Source: Bacillota bacterium (GTDB lineage Bacteria > Bacillota > Dethiobacteria > DTU022). From it: 64,000 bases of DNA. Of the stretch, positions 26,678-37,549 are shown piece after piece. Position numbers and translations under genes: made by a program. The stretch is from positions 45,094 through 109,093 of the forward strand of contig JAXHVH010000003.1 of NCBI GenBank assembly GCA_034189085.1. The letters run 5' to 3'. Positions within the stretch are counted from its first letter, which is position 1, and each line of letters starts with the position of its first letter. The notes beneath the pieces are model-generated. The model ran no database searches and was not told the DNA's origin. It saw only the letters and a list, made by a program, of their open reading frames with translations.

Positions 26678-26786
26678 CTCTTATCCAGAGCGGAGGAGGG
26701 ACAGCCCCGATGAATCCCGGCAACCGGATTTGCTGATCACGGTGCCAATTGCTGCGGGGTGGACTCTTTTCCCTGGGAGATGAGAG
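26678..26786 (+). ncRNA. SAM-I (S-box) riboswitch
   Basis: CTCTTATCCAGAG...GAGGGACAGCCCCGATGAA...GGCAACC...GGTGCCAATT...GAGATGAGAG consensus upstream of metK. Confidence 0.93.
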
Positions 26787-26797
26787 GTGCCAGAAGG

Positions 26798-26823
26798 GCC
26801 TCTTGAGAAAAGAGGTTTTTTTG
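26798..26823 (+). terminator. Riboswitch expression-platform terminator
   Basis: CCTCTT-GAGAA-AAGAGG followed by T-run. Confidence 0.75.
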
Positions 26824-26892
26824 TTTTGCATTTTTGTTTGCAGGACAGGGTGGCAAAAAAATCTAAATTTAGCTTGTAAGGAGGAATCGTCA

Positions 26893-28095
26893 GTGCACCA
26901 AAATAATTATCTTTTTACTTCAGAATCAGTTACTGAAGGGCACCCCGATAAAATGGCCGACCAGATTTCTGATGCCATACTTGATGACATAATCAAGTGC
27001 GATCCCCATGCCAGGGTTGCTGCTGAAACCCTGGTTACAACCGGCCTGGTACTGGTAAGCGGGGAAATTACCACCGAATGCTATGTGGACATTCCAAAAC
27101 TGGTTAGAGAGAAGGTAAAAGAAATTGGTTATACCAGGGCCAAGTATGGTTTTGACGGGGATACATGTGCTGTTCTAACAGCAATTGATGAACAATCTCC
27201 GGATATTGCCCTGGGAGTGGATAAAGCCTTCGAGGTGAGAGACAATGAACTGTCAAATCATTATGACCTGACAGGTGCGGGAGATCAGGGGCTTATGTTT
27301 GGTTTTGCCTGCGATGAAACTCCTGAACTGATGCCTTTACCTATTTCACTGGCGCATAAGCTGGCGCAGAAACTGGCCAATGTGCGAAAAAATGGTATTC
27401 TAAAATATCTGCGTCCGGACGGCAAAACTCAGGTCAGTGTTGCCTATCACAACGGGCGCCCTTCCCACCTGGAGACAGTTGTTATAGCTGCTCAGCACAG
27501 TGACAAGGTAGCCCTGGCACAGATAGAGAAAGACATTATTGAATACGTGATCAGGGAAATTGTTCCATCGGAACTGATTGTTCCGGAAACGCGGTTTTTA
27601 ATCAATCCGACCGGACGTTTTGTAGTGGGCGGACCACAGGGTGATACCGGTTTAACTGGAAGAAAAATCATTGTAGATACCTATGGCGGATATGCGGCGC
27701 ACGGCGGCGGTTGTTTTTCCGGCAAAGATCCGACGAAGGTGGATCGTTCTGCTTCATATGCAGCGCGATACGCTGCCAAAAATGTAGTAGCCGCCGGACT
27801 GGCTGCGAAATGCCAGCTTCAGGTTGCCTATGCCATCGGGGTGGCCAGGCCTGTTTCCATGATGGTCGAAACTTTTGGTACGGAAAAAGTGCCGGTTGAG
27901 CTGATAGAAGAACTTATCCGCAGGCATTTTGATTTAAGGCCGGCCGCCATTATTGAAAATCTTGACCTGAGGCGGCCCATTTATAAGCAGGTGGCGGCTT
28001 ACGGCCATTTCGGTCGTCCAGAACTCGATTTGCCCTGGGAACGGCTTGATAAAGTAGATTTGCTTAAAGAGGCCGCCGGGAGTCGTAAGATTTAA
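26893..28095 (+). CDS. metK: S-adenosylmethionine synthetase
   Basis: [35 protein letters not shown]; GTG 26893. Confidence 0.98.
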   Translation: MHQNNYLFTSESVTEGHPDKMADQISDAILDDIIKCDPHARVAAETLVTTGLVLVSGEITTECYVDIPKLVREKVKEIGYTRAKYGFDGDTCAVLTAIDEQSPDIALGVDKAFEVRDNELSNHYDLTGAGDQGLMFGFACDETPELMPLPISLAHKLAQKLANVRKNGILKYLRPDGKTQVSVAYHNGRPSHLETVVIAAQHSDKVALAQIEKDIIEYVIREIVPSELIVPETRFLINPTGRFVVGGPQGDTGLTGRKIIVDTYGGYAAHGGGCFSGKDPTKVDRSASYAARYAAKNVVAAGLAAKCQLQVAYAIGVARPVSMMVETFGTEKVPVELIEELIRRHFDLRPAAIIENLDLRRPIYKQVAAYGHFGRPELDLPWERLDKVDLLKEAAGSRKI

Positions 28096-28401
28096 AAAAG
28101 AGGATTAATCTGGAAAGGGTCGGCGGGATCACCGGGACTTGCCGTGTGTTTCCTCCGTCCGGTCGACTCACAGGGATGATCAAAAAGGGAACATTTCCTG
28201 TGGGCTTTCAATTTTGAGTATTCATTATGGCTTTTGTTTTCGAGAAGAAGACCTTCTATTTTGGTAAAATGTCGGTGCAGGCGCACCATTGAGAAAAGTG
28301 TTTTTCGCAACAGGTAGATAAAGACATATTGAAGTGCCAGTACCTGTGATCAGTTTTGGCAGGTGGATATTGTCATAATTTGCAGCAGGGAGGTTTGGCG
28401 T

Positions 28402-30597
28402 CTGGAAAAATTGGAAGGAGTTCTGGAAAAAATCAGGTTCTACAGTGAGGAAAGCGCTTATCTTGTAGGCAGCCTGCGCTGCCAGGATGGTAAAGCGATT
28501 ACCATTGTCGGAAATTTTCCTCCCATGCAGGAAGGGGAGAACCTTCTCATAAAGGGAAGGTGGCAGGTTCATAACCGTTACGGCAAGCAACTGGAGGTAG
28601 AACACTGGGAGAGAATCCTGCCAGCTACGGAAGAAGGCTTGAAACGTTATCTCTCATCGGGATTGATCAAGGGAATCGGGCCGGTAACCGCGGCCAGGAT
28701 AATCGATCACTTCGGTCTCAATACGCTGGAGGTAATGGAAAAAGCCCCTCACCGCCTGCAGGAGGTTGAAGGGATCGGGGCGGTCAAAGCTACCGGGATA
28801 ATTAAGAGTTACCGTCAGTACAAAGATGTCCAGAATGTGCTCGTTTTTTTACAGGGTTATGGAGTCGGAGTTGGCCAGGCCATGCGTCTGTACCGGCATT
28901 ATGGATCGGAAACAGTGGAACGGGTGCAGGAAAATCCTTATCGCATGGCTGAGGATATCTTCGGAATTGGTTTTAAAACCGCTGATAAAATTGCCCGCCA
29001 GCTTGGGATGCCGGAAGAATCCCCGGAAAGGTTGCAGGCGGCCATCACCTATTCTCTGAGCAAAGCGGCAGAAGAGGGGCACGTATTTTTACCCCGTCAG
29101 GTTCTTCTCGAACGGGTAAGGGACCTGCTCGATATATCGGGGGAAGTTTTACAGGAAAGTATTTTTGACAAACAGCTGCTGAAAATGATGGAAAAGAAAC
29201 GCATTCACATCGAAAAGATGGATGATATAGCGGCTATTTATTATGCTCCATTTTTTCAGGCAGAGCAGAGTTCTGCCCGTTTGGTCATGAACCTGAGCAG
29301 GTTTGTGAAGCAGGTTTCACCAATAGAAGCGGCCCAGGTTCTTGGTCAGATAAAATATGATAGTCCCCACCTGACGGAAGAACAGCTGCAGGTAATAGAA
29401 AAGGCGCTGCACAACGGATTGTTGATTGTAACCGGTGGGCCTGGGACCGGGAAAACAACAACCATTAAAGCGTTGCTTGCCATGTTCAGGCTGTTGAAAG
29501 AAAAAGTAGTTCTTGCTGCCCCTACAGGCCGGGCGGCCAAGAGGGTGACTGAAGCGACCGGGCAGGAAGCGTTCACCATCCATAGGTTGCTTGAGTACAG
29601 CTATTCCGAAGGTGAGGGCTTTCGTTTCCAGCGTAATGAAAAAAACCCGGTTGAGGCCGGAGTGATCATTATTGACGAAGCGTCGATGGTTGATCTGATC
29701 CTGATGTATAACCTGCTCAAAGCCATTCCATCCGGAAGCCGCCTGATCCTGGTAGGTGATGTCGATCAGCTGCCGGCAGTTGGAGCGGGAAATGTTCTCC
29801 GGGATCTGATTGGTGCCGGTAACATCCCCTGTTTTCGTCTTGGCCATATTTTTCGCCAGGCCAGGGAAAGCCTGATCATCGTTAATGCCCACCGTATTAA
29901 CCAGGGTCAAATGCCCTATCTAAATGTTAAGAACCGTGATTTTTTCTTTCTGCAAGAAGAAGAACCGGAAAAGGCTGCTCAGCTTGTTGTTCAGCTTTGT
30001 CGGGAGCGATTACCCAATTATGGTCCCTTTGATCCGCTGCTTGATCTGCAGGTGATCACACCGATGCGCAAAACGGCTGCCGGTGTTGATCGGCTGAACA
30101 TCTTGCTCCAGGAAGCGCTGAATCCTCCCGATCGCCATAAAACCGAGACAACCGGCAAGGGTAATGTTTATCGGCTTGGTGACAAAGTGATGCAGATACG
30201 GAATAATTACCAGAAAGAAGTTTACAACGGAGATATTGGCTTAATAACGGCCATTGATCGGGAGGAAGGGGAATTGGTAGTTACCTTCCGTGAGTTACTA
30301 CAGCCTCGCCCGGTAGTTTACGATTTTACTGAACTTGATGAACTGGTCCTTTCTTATGCTGTATCGGTTCATAAAAGTCAGGGCAGTGAATATCCGGTTA
30401 TCATCATGCCTGTTCTGACCCAGCATTACATGCTTTTACAGCGCAATTTACTTTACACCGGGATTACCCGGGCTCGTAAACTGGCAGTATTGGTGGGCAG
30501 TAAAAAGGCACTGGCCATTGCGGTGCATAATAATCGTGCCGAAGAACGGTACAGTTATCTGGACGGACGACTGCTTTCCGGGGGAAATGGCAAGTGA
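28402..30597 (+). CDS. recD2: RecD2 ATP-dependent DNA helicase
   Basis: SGLIKGIGP HhH, TGGPGTGKTT, TIHRLLE, IDEASMVD, VHKSQGSEY; start uncertain (CTG 28402 proposed, ORF track 28363). Confidence 0.93.
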   Translation: MEKLEGVLEKIRFYSEESAYLVGSLRCQDGKAITIVGNFPPMQEGENLLIKGRWQVHNRYGKQLEVEHWERILPATEEGLKRYLSSGLIKGIGPVTAARIIDHFGLNTLEVMEKAPHRLQEVEGIGAVKATGIIKSYRQYKDVQNVLVFLQGYGVGVGQAMRLYRHYGSETVERVQENPYRMAEDIFGIGFKTADKIARQLGMPEESPERLQAAITYSLSKAAEEGHVFLPRQVLLERVRDLLDISGEVLQESIFDKQLLKMMEKKRIHIEKMDDIAAIYYAPFFQAEQSSARLVMNLSRFVKQVSPIEAAQVLGQIKYDSPHLTEEQLQVIEKALHNGLLIVTGGPGTGKTTTIKALLAMFRLLKEKVVLAAPTGRAAKRVTEATGQEAFTIHRLLEYSYSEGEGFRFQRNEKNPVEAGVIIIDEASMVDLILMYNLLKAIPSGSRLILVGDVDQLPAVGAGNVLRDLIGAGNIPCFRLGHIFRQARESLIIVNAHRINQGQMPYLNVKNRDFFFLQEEEPEKAAQLVVQLCRERLPNYGPFDPLLDLQVITPMRKTAAGVDRLNILLQEALNPPDRHKTETTGKGNVYRLGDKVMQIRNNYQKEVYNGDIGLITAIDREEGELVVTFRELLQPRPVVYDFTELDELVLSYAVSVHKSQGSEYPVIIMPVLTQHYMLLQRNLLYTGITRARKLAVLVGSKKALAIAVHNNRAEERYSYLDGRLLSGGNGK

Positions 30598-31355
30598 ATA
30601 AAGAGTTTGGTGGCAGACAAACAGGATCGTCAAAAATTACACCCAGCTGGTTCGATTCTTTCCTTCATCTTTTATACCCGGAACACTGCTTGTTTTGCGG
30701 CGCTGTCCTTCCTTCAATTGCCGGGCGGCCGCTCTGTGCCTGCTGCGCGGAAAAATTTTCCCCTGCAGGTTTCATCTGCCCAAACTGTGGAGATCTGCTC
30801 GGATCTGAGGCAGGGTGCCGCTGTTATGTTAAGGGAGAAATGCTGAAAGCCTTATTTGCCCTTTCATTTTATGAAAAGAGAATACGGGATCTGATCCATG
30901 ATTTAAAATACCGTGGCCGCCGTTCCCTTGCTCGGCCTCTCGGCCGATGGCTTGGTTTTGAAATCAGCAAATGTGATTGTGATTTTCCTGATCTCGTTAC
31001 AGCAGTACCGCTTTATAAACGACGGGAACAGGAGAGAGGTTTTAACCAGAGTGTTTTGATCGCCCGCTCCACTGCTACTTTCCTGAACAGGCCATACAGA
31101 AATCTTCTGGCACGTACAAAAGACACCACATCACAGACAACAATATCGCGTCGTGAAAGGCGAGAAAATATACATGGTGCTTTCCAGTGTGCAGGGCTAA
31201 TACCTGCTGGAGCAACCCTGCTGCTGATAGACGATGTTTATTCCACCGGTTCGACGATGAAAGAAGCAGCTTCTGTTCTTAAACAGCACGGGGTAACAGT
31301 TTACGGAGCGGTGATTGCCTATAATTTTGGAACACGCTTTAATGTGAGCAGATAA
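30594..31355 (+). CDS. comF: ComF family protein (zinc ribbon plus PRTase domain)
   Basis: CLFC...CxxC ribbons, RGFNQS, LLIDDVYSTGSTM. Confidence 0.88.
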   Translation: MNKEFGGRQTGSSKITPSWFDSFLHLLYPEHCLFCGAVLPSIAGRPLCACCAEKFSPAGFICPNCGDLLGSEAGCRCYVKGEMLKALFALSFYEKRIRDLIHDLKYRGRRSLARPLGRWLGFEISKCDCDFPDLVTAVPLYKRREQERGFNQSVLIARSTATFLNRPYRNLLARTKDTTSQTTISRRERRENIHGAFQCAGLIPAGATLLLIDDVYSTGSTMKEAASVLKQHGVTVYGAVIAYNFGTRFNVSR

Positions 31356-31512
31356 TATTAATGTATATTACTTTTCCCCTGCATCAAAGAAAGCCTCCAG
31401 ATTGTTTTTCAGACTTTGTTCCGATCCCGACAGGGGAGGATTTTACACTGGACTGGGGAATACTAATTGTAGTAATATATTAGTCTACAATAATTAACGG
31501 GAGGTTGGAAAG

Positions 31513-32052
31513 ATGGATATTAATGTACGGGGTAAAAATATTGAAGCAACTCCGGCCCTGGTTGATTATGCCCATAAGAAACTTGGTAAGCTGAAAAAGC
31601 ATTTTGATAAATCTACCGATGTGCAGGTTTTATTGAGCGTTATCAAAGAAGAACACATTGTTGAAGTAACCATGAGTTTGAACGGTTTAATCCTGCGCGG
31701 CGAAGAAGCGACAGGCGACATGTATGCTTCAATAGACATGGTGGTAGATAAGCTGGAGAGACAGATTAGAAAGTATAAAACCCGCATGAACAAGTCACTG
31801 CGTCAGCGAGGTGCTCGGGTTATTAGTGAAAAACAAGCTGCCGTTGAAGCGGAAGAGAGGGCTGAAGACGAAGAACCAAATATTGTTAAAACAAAGCGGT
31901 TTTCATTCAAGCCGATGAGCGTAGAAGAAGCGATTCTGCAAATGGATTTGCTGGGGCACAACTTTTTTGTTTTTACCAATGCCGATAGCGAAACCATTAA
32001 TGTGGTTTATCGGCGGAAAGATGGGAATTATGGATTAATCGAGCCTGAATAG
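31513..32052 (+). CDS. hpf: Ribosome hibernation promoting factor, long form
   Basis: DMYASIDMVVDKLERQIRKYK; C-terminal KPMSVEEAILQMDLLGHNFFVF...VYRRKDGNYGLIEP. Confidence 0.96.
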   Translation: MDINVRGKNIEATPALVDYAHKKLGKLKKHFDKSTDVQVLLSVIKEEHIVEVTMSLNGLILRGEEATGDMYASIDMVVDKLERQIRKYKTRMNKSLRQRGARVISEKQAAVEAEERAEDEEPNIVKTKRFSFKPMSVEEAILQMDLLGHNFFVFTNADSETINVVYRRKDGNYGLIEPE

Positions 32053-32098
32053 AGAAGTTCCTAAGTCCCGGGTTAGTCCCGGGCGGGGAGATGTATTT

Positions 32099-33220
32099 TT
32101 GATGCATAAACCAGTCAGTGCGGCTGTTTTTGAAGGGTCCCTGCCGCAGAGTGGTGTCGAGGAAATGGTCATGCAGGTCAGACATGCTGCCCTGCTAGAC
32201 AATCTTGAAAAAATGAACCGGGCAGCCTGTTTCGATCGGATTTTTTTGTCCACCAACCGCCCTGAGCTGGTTGAACCGGCATCTCGTCTTGGAGCGGAAG
32301 TATTGCTCAACTCCATTGATCCCGGTGATTTTCATTTTGGCAATCAATTACAGGAACTGGTTCGCAGCCATAAATTGTCGCGGGTGTTTTGCCTGAACGG
32401 TGCAGGGTGTCCCCTCGTCACAGTGGATGAACTGGTTATGATTGCGCAGGAGCTTCGTTCAAGACAGCGGTTTGTTTACGCCAACAATACCCAGTCAGCA
32501 GATATGATCGGCTTTACTGTACCTGTAAATTTTTATGATATTGAACTTCCGGCAGTTGACAACAGCCTTGCTTTAACTCTTCGAGATCGGTTTAATCTGA
32601 CAATGGCTTTAATGCCTCATACGCGAGGACTTCTCTTTGACATCGATACACCGACCGATCTCGTTGTTCTGGGAGCCGGTCCTTTTGCAGGCCCACGGAT
32701 AAGAGCCGCTTTAAATGAACTTGGTCTTAATTATGGAAGATTGGCAAAAGCCAAGGCTGTGCTGGGTAATGAATATGAAGAAGTAGTCCTGATTGGCAGA
32801 GTCGGAGCCCCGATCATGGCGCAGCTTAATGCCCGCCTGAAGCTTCGGCTGCGCGTTTTTTCCGAGGAACGGGGCATGAAAACCCTTGGGCGAATAGATA
32901 ATAAAGAAGTAGTGTCCCTGCTGGGGCTGCTGCTTGAAGATGCCGGAACAGAGAGTTTCTTCGGTTACCTGGCCCGGGTTGCCCGCTGTGCCTTTATTGA
33001 CAGTCGGGTTTTGATGTATCATTTTAAATATGATTTTTCGGAGCGGGAAAGATTTCTTTCAGATCTGGGACGGTGGAGAGAGATCGACCACCCCTGGCTG
33101 AAGGCTTTTACCAAAGCAGCGGAAGATTGTGCCATACCGGTAATCCTGGGCGGACACTCCCTGATCTCCGGCAGTCTCTGGGCAATCTGTGATGAGATTG
33201 AAGAAGGAGCTGTTGATTAA
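32099..33220 (+). CDS. Hypothetical protein, CofC-like/nucleotidyltransferase fold N-terminus plus unknown C-terminal domain
   Basis: FHFG, GAGCPL and FDIDTPTDL motifs recall CofC/NTP-transferase folds; 373 aa; function not established. Confidence 0.55.
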   Translation: MMHKPVSAAVFEGSLPQSGVEEMVMQVRHAALLDNLEKMNRAACFDRIFLSTNRPELVEPASRLGAEVLLNSIDPGDFHFGNQLQELVRSHKLSRVFCLNGAGCPLVTVDELVMIAQELRSRQRFVYANNTQSADMIGFTVPVNFYDIELPAVDNSLALTLRDRFNLTMALMPHTRGLLFDIDTPTDLVVLGAGPFAGPRIRAALNELGLNYGRLAKAKAVLGNEYEEVVLIGRVGAPIMAQLNARLKLRLRVFSEERGMKTLGRIDNKEVVSLLGLLLEDAGTESFFGYLARVARCAFIDSRVLMYHFKYDFSERERFLSDLGRWREIDHPWLKAFTKAAEDCAIPVILGGHSLISGSLWAICDEIEEGAVD

Positions 33221-33333
33221 TTGGCCGGGCAGGAAAGTAGCCCGGAATAAGTTTTTATCCGCACACGCAGGTCCTGAAGTAGCGCTGCGGCAACAGAACT
33301 TTATCGGTTGTGCAGTTGGAAAGGAGTATTATT

Positions 33334-36315
33334 ATGGCTTCTTTTATTAAAAAACTATTCGGTGAGCCCAACAAAAAAGAGGTAAACCGTCTGCAGAAAA
33401 TTGTAGAACAGATCAGCGATTTGGAGAAATGGGCTTCAGAACTGGATGATAATCAGTTCCCCTTACAGACAGGGCAGTTCAGGGAGCGCTTGCTGAAAGG
33501 AGAAAGCCTTGATGATATATTGCCGGAGGCTTTTGCTCTGGCCAGGGAAGCAGCTTATCGAAAGACGGATATGAAACCTTTTGAGGTGCAGATCATGGGA
33601 GCAATTGTTCTGCATCAGGGTCGTATCGCGGAGATGAAAACAGGCGAGGGCAAAACGCTGGTGGCTACTCTACCAGCATACCTCAATGCTCTTACCGGTA
33701 AAGGGGTCCACATAGTTACAGTAAATGATTATTTGGCCCGCCGGGACCGTGAGTGGATGGGGCCGATTTATGAATTTCTCGGTTTGAAAGTCGGCCTGGT
33801 GGTTCAGGGTATGGAACCGGCCGCCAGGAAGGAATCCTATCAGGCCGATGTCATTTATGCTACCAACAACGAGCTTGGCTTTGATTATCTGCGGGACAAC
33901 ATGGTTCTTTACAAGGAGGACATGGTGCAGCGCAATCTGCATTATGCCATTGTCGATGAAGTGGACAGTATTTTAATCGACGAAGCGCGTACTCCTCTAA
34001 TTATCAGCAGCCGTGTTGAGTCACAGGAAGATTATGGGCGCTGGAAAAAAGAAGTTGAACACCTGATCCGCAAGCAGAGCCGCCTGGTAGGAGAATTACT
34101 TAAAGAAGCCAGATCGGATCTTGATAGTGGTAATGCTGATGAAGCGGCTGAAAAGCTGCTGCTGGCCCGCCGCGGGGCCCCAAAAAACAAAAACTTGCTG
34201 AAAATGATGAAGGAACCCGGTTTGGAACGGCTGGTGGAACGGACCAAACAACGGTTGATGACCGAAAAGCGGCTTACTCACCTGGATGAAGAGCTTTATT
34301 ATGTCATTGATGAAGCAACCCGATTGGCCGATATCAAGGATAAAGGTTACCGGGAACTGGAACGAATCAATCCCCAGCTTTCACATCTCCTGCGCCTCGG
34401 CCATGACAGGGCAGAGGAAGAAGAGTTGATTGACGAACAGGAAACTGAAACCGCTTCCGAACACAGGCATTATTTTGATCAGTTAATTAAAGCTTATTCC
34501 CTTTTTGAAAAAGATGTCGATTACGTGGTGCAGAACGAGAAAGTGGTTATTGTTGATGAATTCACCGGACGGCTGATGCCTGGCCGCCGCTACTCAGATG
34601 GCCTGCACCAGGCAATTGAAGCAAAAGAAGGGGTTCAGGTCCAGGCGGCTACCCGTACAGTGGCTTCGATCACATTTCAGAATTATTTCCGCATGTATGG
34701 GAAAATCGCCGGCATGACCGGTACTGCCCTTACTGAAGAGGAAGAATTCCGTAAAATTTACGGAATGGATGTAGTGGAGGTACCGACAAATAAACCGCTC
34801 ATCCGCAAGGAACAGCCCGATCTAATTTATAAAACCGAACGGGCAAAATTTAATGCTGTTGTTGAAGAGATCAAAAAACGGCAGGAAAAGGGGCAGCCTG
34901 TTCTCGTCGGCACCATTTCCGTGGAAAAATCGGAGATGCTCAGCAAGATGTTGAGAAGGCAGGAAATAGAGCATGAAGTCCTCAATGCTGTCAACCATAC
35001 CCGGGAAGCGTACATCATAGCGCAGGCCGGCCGACGTGGAGCGGTGACCATATCAACCAACATGGCTGGCAGGGGGACAGATATCATACTGGGCGGTAAT
35101 CCGGAATACCTGGTCAAAGAAAAACTGTTCAATGATTTCGGGATGGAGGAAAGCGAGCTCGATGACGAAGCTGCTGAGCGCTGGACCAGGCTTTATCATG
35201 AATTAATAGACGGAGCCCTGGAAGACACCCGTCGCCAGCGGGAAGAAGTGGTTGCCCTGGGCGGGCTGCATGTCCTGGGGACGGAACGCCATGAAAGCCG
35301 CCGTATCGACAATCAGCTTCGCGGTCGGTCCGGGCGTCAGGGAGACCCGGGATCTTCACAGTTTTTTGTCTCCCTGGAAGATGATTTGATGCGCCTTTTC
35401 GGCGGTGATAACATTGCTTCACTCATGGACCGCTTCGGGATAGATGAAGAAATTCCCATTGATCACCCCCTGGTCAGCCGGGCGATTGAAAATGCACAGA
35501 AAAAGGTGGAATCAAGGAACTTTGAAATTCGCCGCAACCTGTTGGAGTATGATGATGTTCTAAACCAGCAGCGTGAAGTGATCTACGGGCAGCGCCGCCG
35601 GGTCCTGGAAGGCGAAAACATGAAAGAGCCCATCATGGATATGGTCGAGGAGGTAATCGATCGCCTCATCGAAGAATATACTGCAGAAAAGGGTTTCCTG
35701 GATGATGAAAGTGCCCGCGCCCTGATCGAACGGGCGAAAGAAACATTTGCTCGTCGTGATAAAATCAGTATAAACGATTTAATCGATCGCGAAGCAGCTG
35801 ATGTCAAGGCTCTTCTCGTGACAGAGGCAAAAGACTTTTATGAATCCCGCGAGCAGGAGCTGACGCCTGAAATAATGCGTGAACTGGAGAGGGTTGTTCT
35901 CCTGCGTACTGTGGACCGTCACTGGATGTACTTCATTGATGTCATGCATCAGCTGCGCTATGAAATACATCTCCAGGCTTACGGGCAGCGAGATCCCCTT
36001 GTACAGTACCGCCTGCAGAGCGCCGAGATGTTCGAAGATATGATCCGTCAGATTCAGGCCGATGTAGTCAGGGCTGTATACCAGGTCCGGGTTACTGCCG
36101 CTCCCCGTCGACAGGCGGTAGCCAGCCAGGCAACAGGTTACAAACCTCGTGTCACTGCTGTAGGAGGCAGACGGAGCAATTCAAATGTGGACCATGGAAG
36201 CAAGCCGCAGAGCAGCCCGGGCAAGCCGGAACCGGTAAAAGTGAAAAAAGTGGGCCGCAATGATCCCTGTCCCTGCGGTAGCGGGAAAAAATATAAAAAA
36301 TGCTGCGGGAAATGA
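33334..36315 (+). CDS. secA: Preprotein translocase ATPase SecA
   Basis: EMKTGEGKT, VDEVDSILIDEARTPLIIS, STNMAGRGTDI, RRIDNQLRGRSGRQGDPG, SEC-C CPCGSGKKYKKCC. Confidence 0.98.
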   Translation: MASFIKKLFGEPNKKEVNRLQKIVEQISDLEKWASELDDNQFPLQTGQFRERLLKGESLDDILPEAFALAREAAYRKTDMKPFEVQIMGAIVLHQGRIAEMKTGEGKTLVATLPAYLNALTGKGVHIVTVNDYLARRDREWMGPIYEFLGLKVGLVVQGMEPAARKESYQADVIYATNNELGFDYLRDNMVLYKEDMVQRNLHYAIVDEVDSILIDEARTPLIISSRVESQEDYGRWKKEVEHLIRKQSRLVGELLKEARSDLDSGNADEAAEKLLLARRGAPKNKNLLKMMKEPGLERLVERTKQRLMTEKRLTHLDEELYYVIDEATRLADIKDKGYRELERINPQLSHLLRLGHDRAEEEELIDEQETETASEHRHYFDQLIKAYSLFEKDVDYVVQNEKVVIVDEFTGRLMPGRRYSDGLHQAIEAKEGVQVQAATRTVASITFQNYFRMYGKIAGMTGTALTEEEEFRKIYGMDVVEVPTNKPLIRKEQPDLIYKTERAKFNAVVEEIKKRQEKGQPVLVGTISVEKSEMLSKMLRRQEIEHEVLNAVNHTREAYIIAQAGRRGAVTISTNMAGRGTDIILGGNPEYLVKEKLFNDFGMEESELDDEAAERWTRLYHELIDGALEDTRRQREEVVALGGLHVLGTERHESRRIDNQLRGRSGRQGDPGSSQFFVSLEDDLMRLFGGDNIASLMDRFGIDEEIPIDHPLVSRAIENAQKKVESRNFEIRRNLLEYDDVLNQQREVIYGQRRRVLEGENMKEPIMDMVEEVIDRLIEEYTAEKGFLDDESARALIERAKETFARRDKISINDLIDREAADVKALLVTEAKDFYESREQELTPEIMRELERVVLLRTVDRHWMYFIDVMHQLRYEIHLQAYGQRDPLVQYRLQSAEMFEDMIRQIQADVVRAVYQVRVTAAPRRQAVASQATGYKPRVTAVGGRRSNSNVDHGSKPQSSPGKPEPVKVKKVGRNDPCPCGSGKKYKKCCGK

Positions 36316-36416
36316 GTCAGGCTGGTGCCTGAAAGAAATGGGTGGTACCCCCCGTCGAGGTTCTACAGTAAATTAAGATCATCAGGCAGCAAGGTGCTGC
36401 GGAGAAGGTGAAGATT

Positions 36417-37539
36417 ATGTTGGAAGAGTACCGTGAAGAACTGGCCCTTCAGCAGAAGCGGCTGGAAGAGATGAGGGCTTCTCTTTGAATATGATGCCAA
36501 ACTGAAAGAACTGCAGAAAGCTGAAGCAAAGGCAGCTGATCCAAAACTGTGGGAAGACAGTAACAGGGCGCAGAAATATTTAAAAAAACAGGGGGCGTTG
36601 CGTGAACAGCTCAGGCCGCTGCAGGAGTTGTTCACTTTAATTGAAGAAACTGGAGTATTTCTCGAGCTAGCCGGTGAAGAGGAAACCGAGGAACCGGAAG
36701 CGATCGCAGAAGCTGGCCCCCTCCTGGAAGAGATAAAAGAAAGATTGGACCAGATGGAGCTGGAGACCCTTTTTAGCGGTAGCTATGATTTTGGCGATGC
36801 CATCGTTTCTCTTCATCCCGGTGCAGGGGGGCTGGAATCGCAGGACTGGGCTGAAATGCTGCTACGCATGTACAACCGGTGGTGTGAACGCAGAGGATAT
36901 CAGGTTGAGCTTGTCGATCTGCTGGCCGATGATGAGGCGGGAATAAAAAGTGCTACTTTTATCGTCCGGGGGCATGCCGCATACGGTTATCTGCAGGCAG
37001 AAAAAGGAGTGCACCGCCTGATCCGTATTTCACCCTTTGATACCTCCAGAAGACGCCATACTTCGTTTGCGTCTGTTGATGTAATCCCGGAAGTGGAGGA
37101 AGAAGAATATGTGATCAATCCCGATGATTTAAAAATAGATACTTTCCGTTCCAGTGGAGCCGGAGGGCAGCATGTCAATAAAACTGATTCAGCTGTCCGG
37201 ATTACCCACATCCCCACCGGTGTTGTCGTGACCTGTCAAAACGATCGGTCTCAACACAGTAACCGTCAGCAGGCCATGCGTGTCCTGCAAGCCAGGCTTG
37301 CGGAACTAACCCGCAGGGAACGGGCTGAAGAGATCAATGCCGAACGCGGTCAGCAAAGAGAAATTGCCTGGGGCAGCCAGATTCGTACTTATACCTTTCA
37401 CCCCTTTACCCTGGTCAAAGACCACCGAACCGGGGTCGAGATCGGACAGGTTGATGAAGTGATGAACGGCGGGATTGATCCTTTTATTGAAGCTTTTTTA
37501 AGCTGGAAAGCCCGTGGTAAAATACCACTCAAGAAATAG
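36417..37539 (+). CDS. prfB: Peptide chain release factor 2, programmed +1 frameshift at CTT TGA (36483-36488)
   Basis: 23-codon ORF1 MLEEYREEL...MRASL-TGA; +1 frame continues EYDAKL...LWED; SPF and GGQ motifs. Confidence 0.96.
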
Positions 37540-37549
37540 GAGCAGATAA

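Noticed and set aside
28096-28360. Possible ncRNA or small ORF between metK and recD2
   Set aside because: No recognisable riboswitch consensus or convincing RBS-led ORF found by eye.
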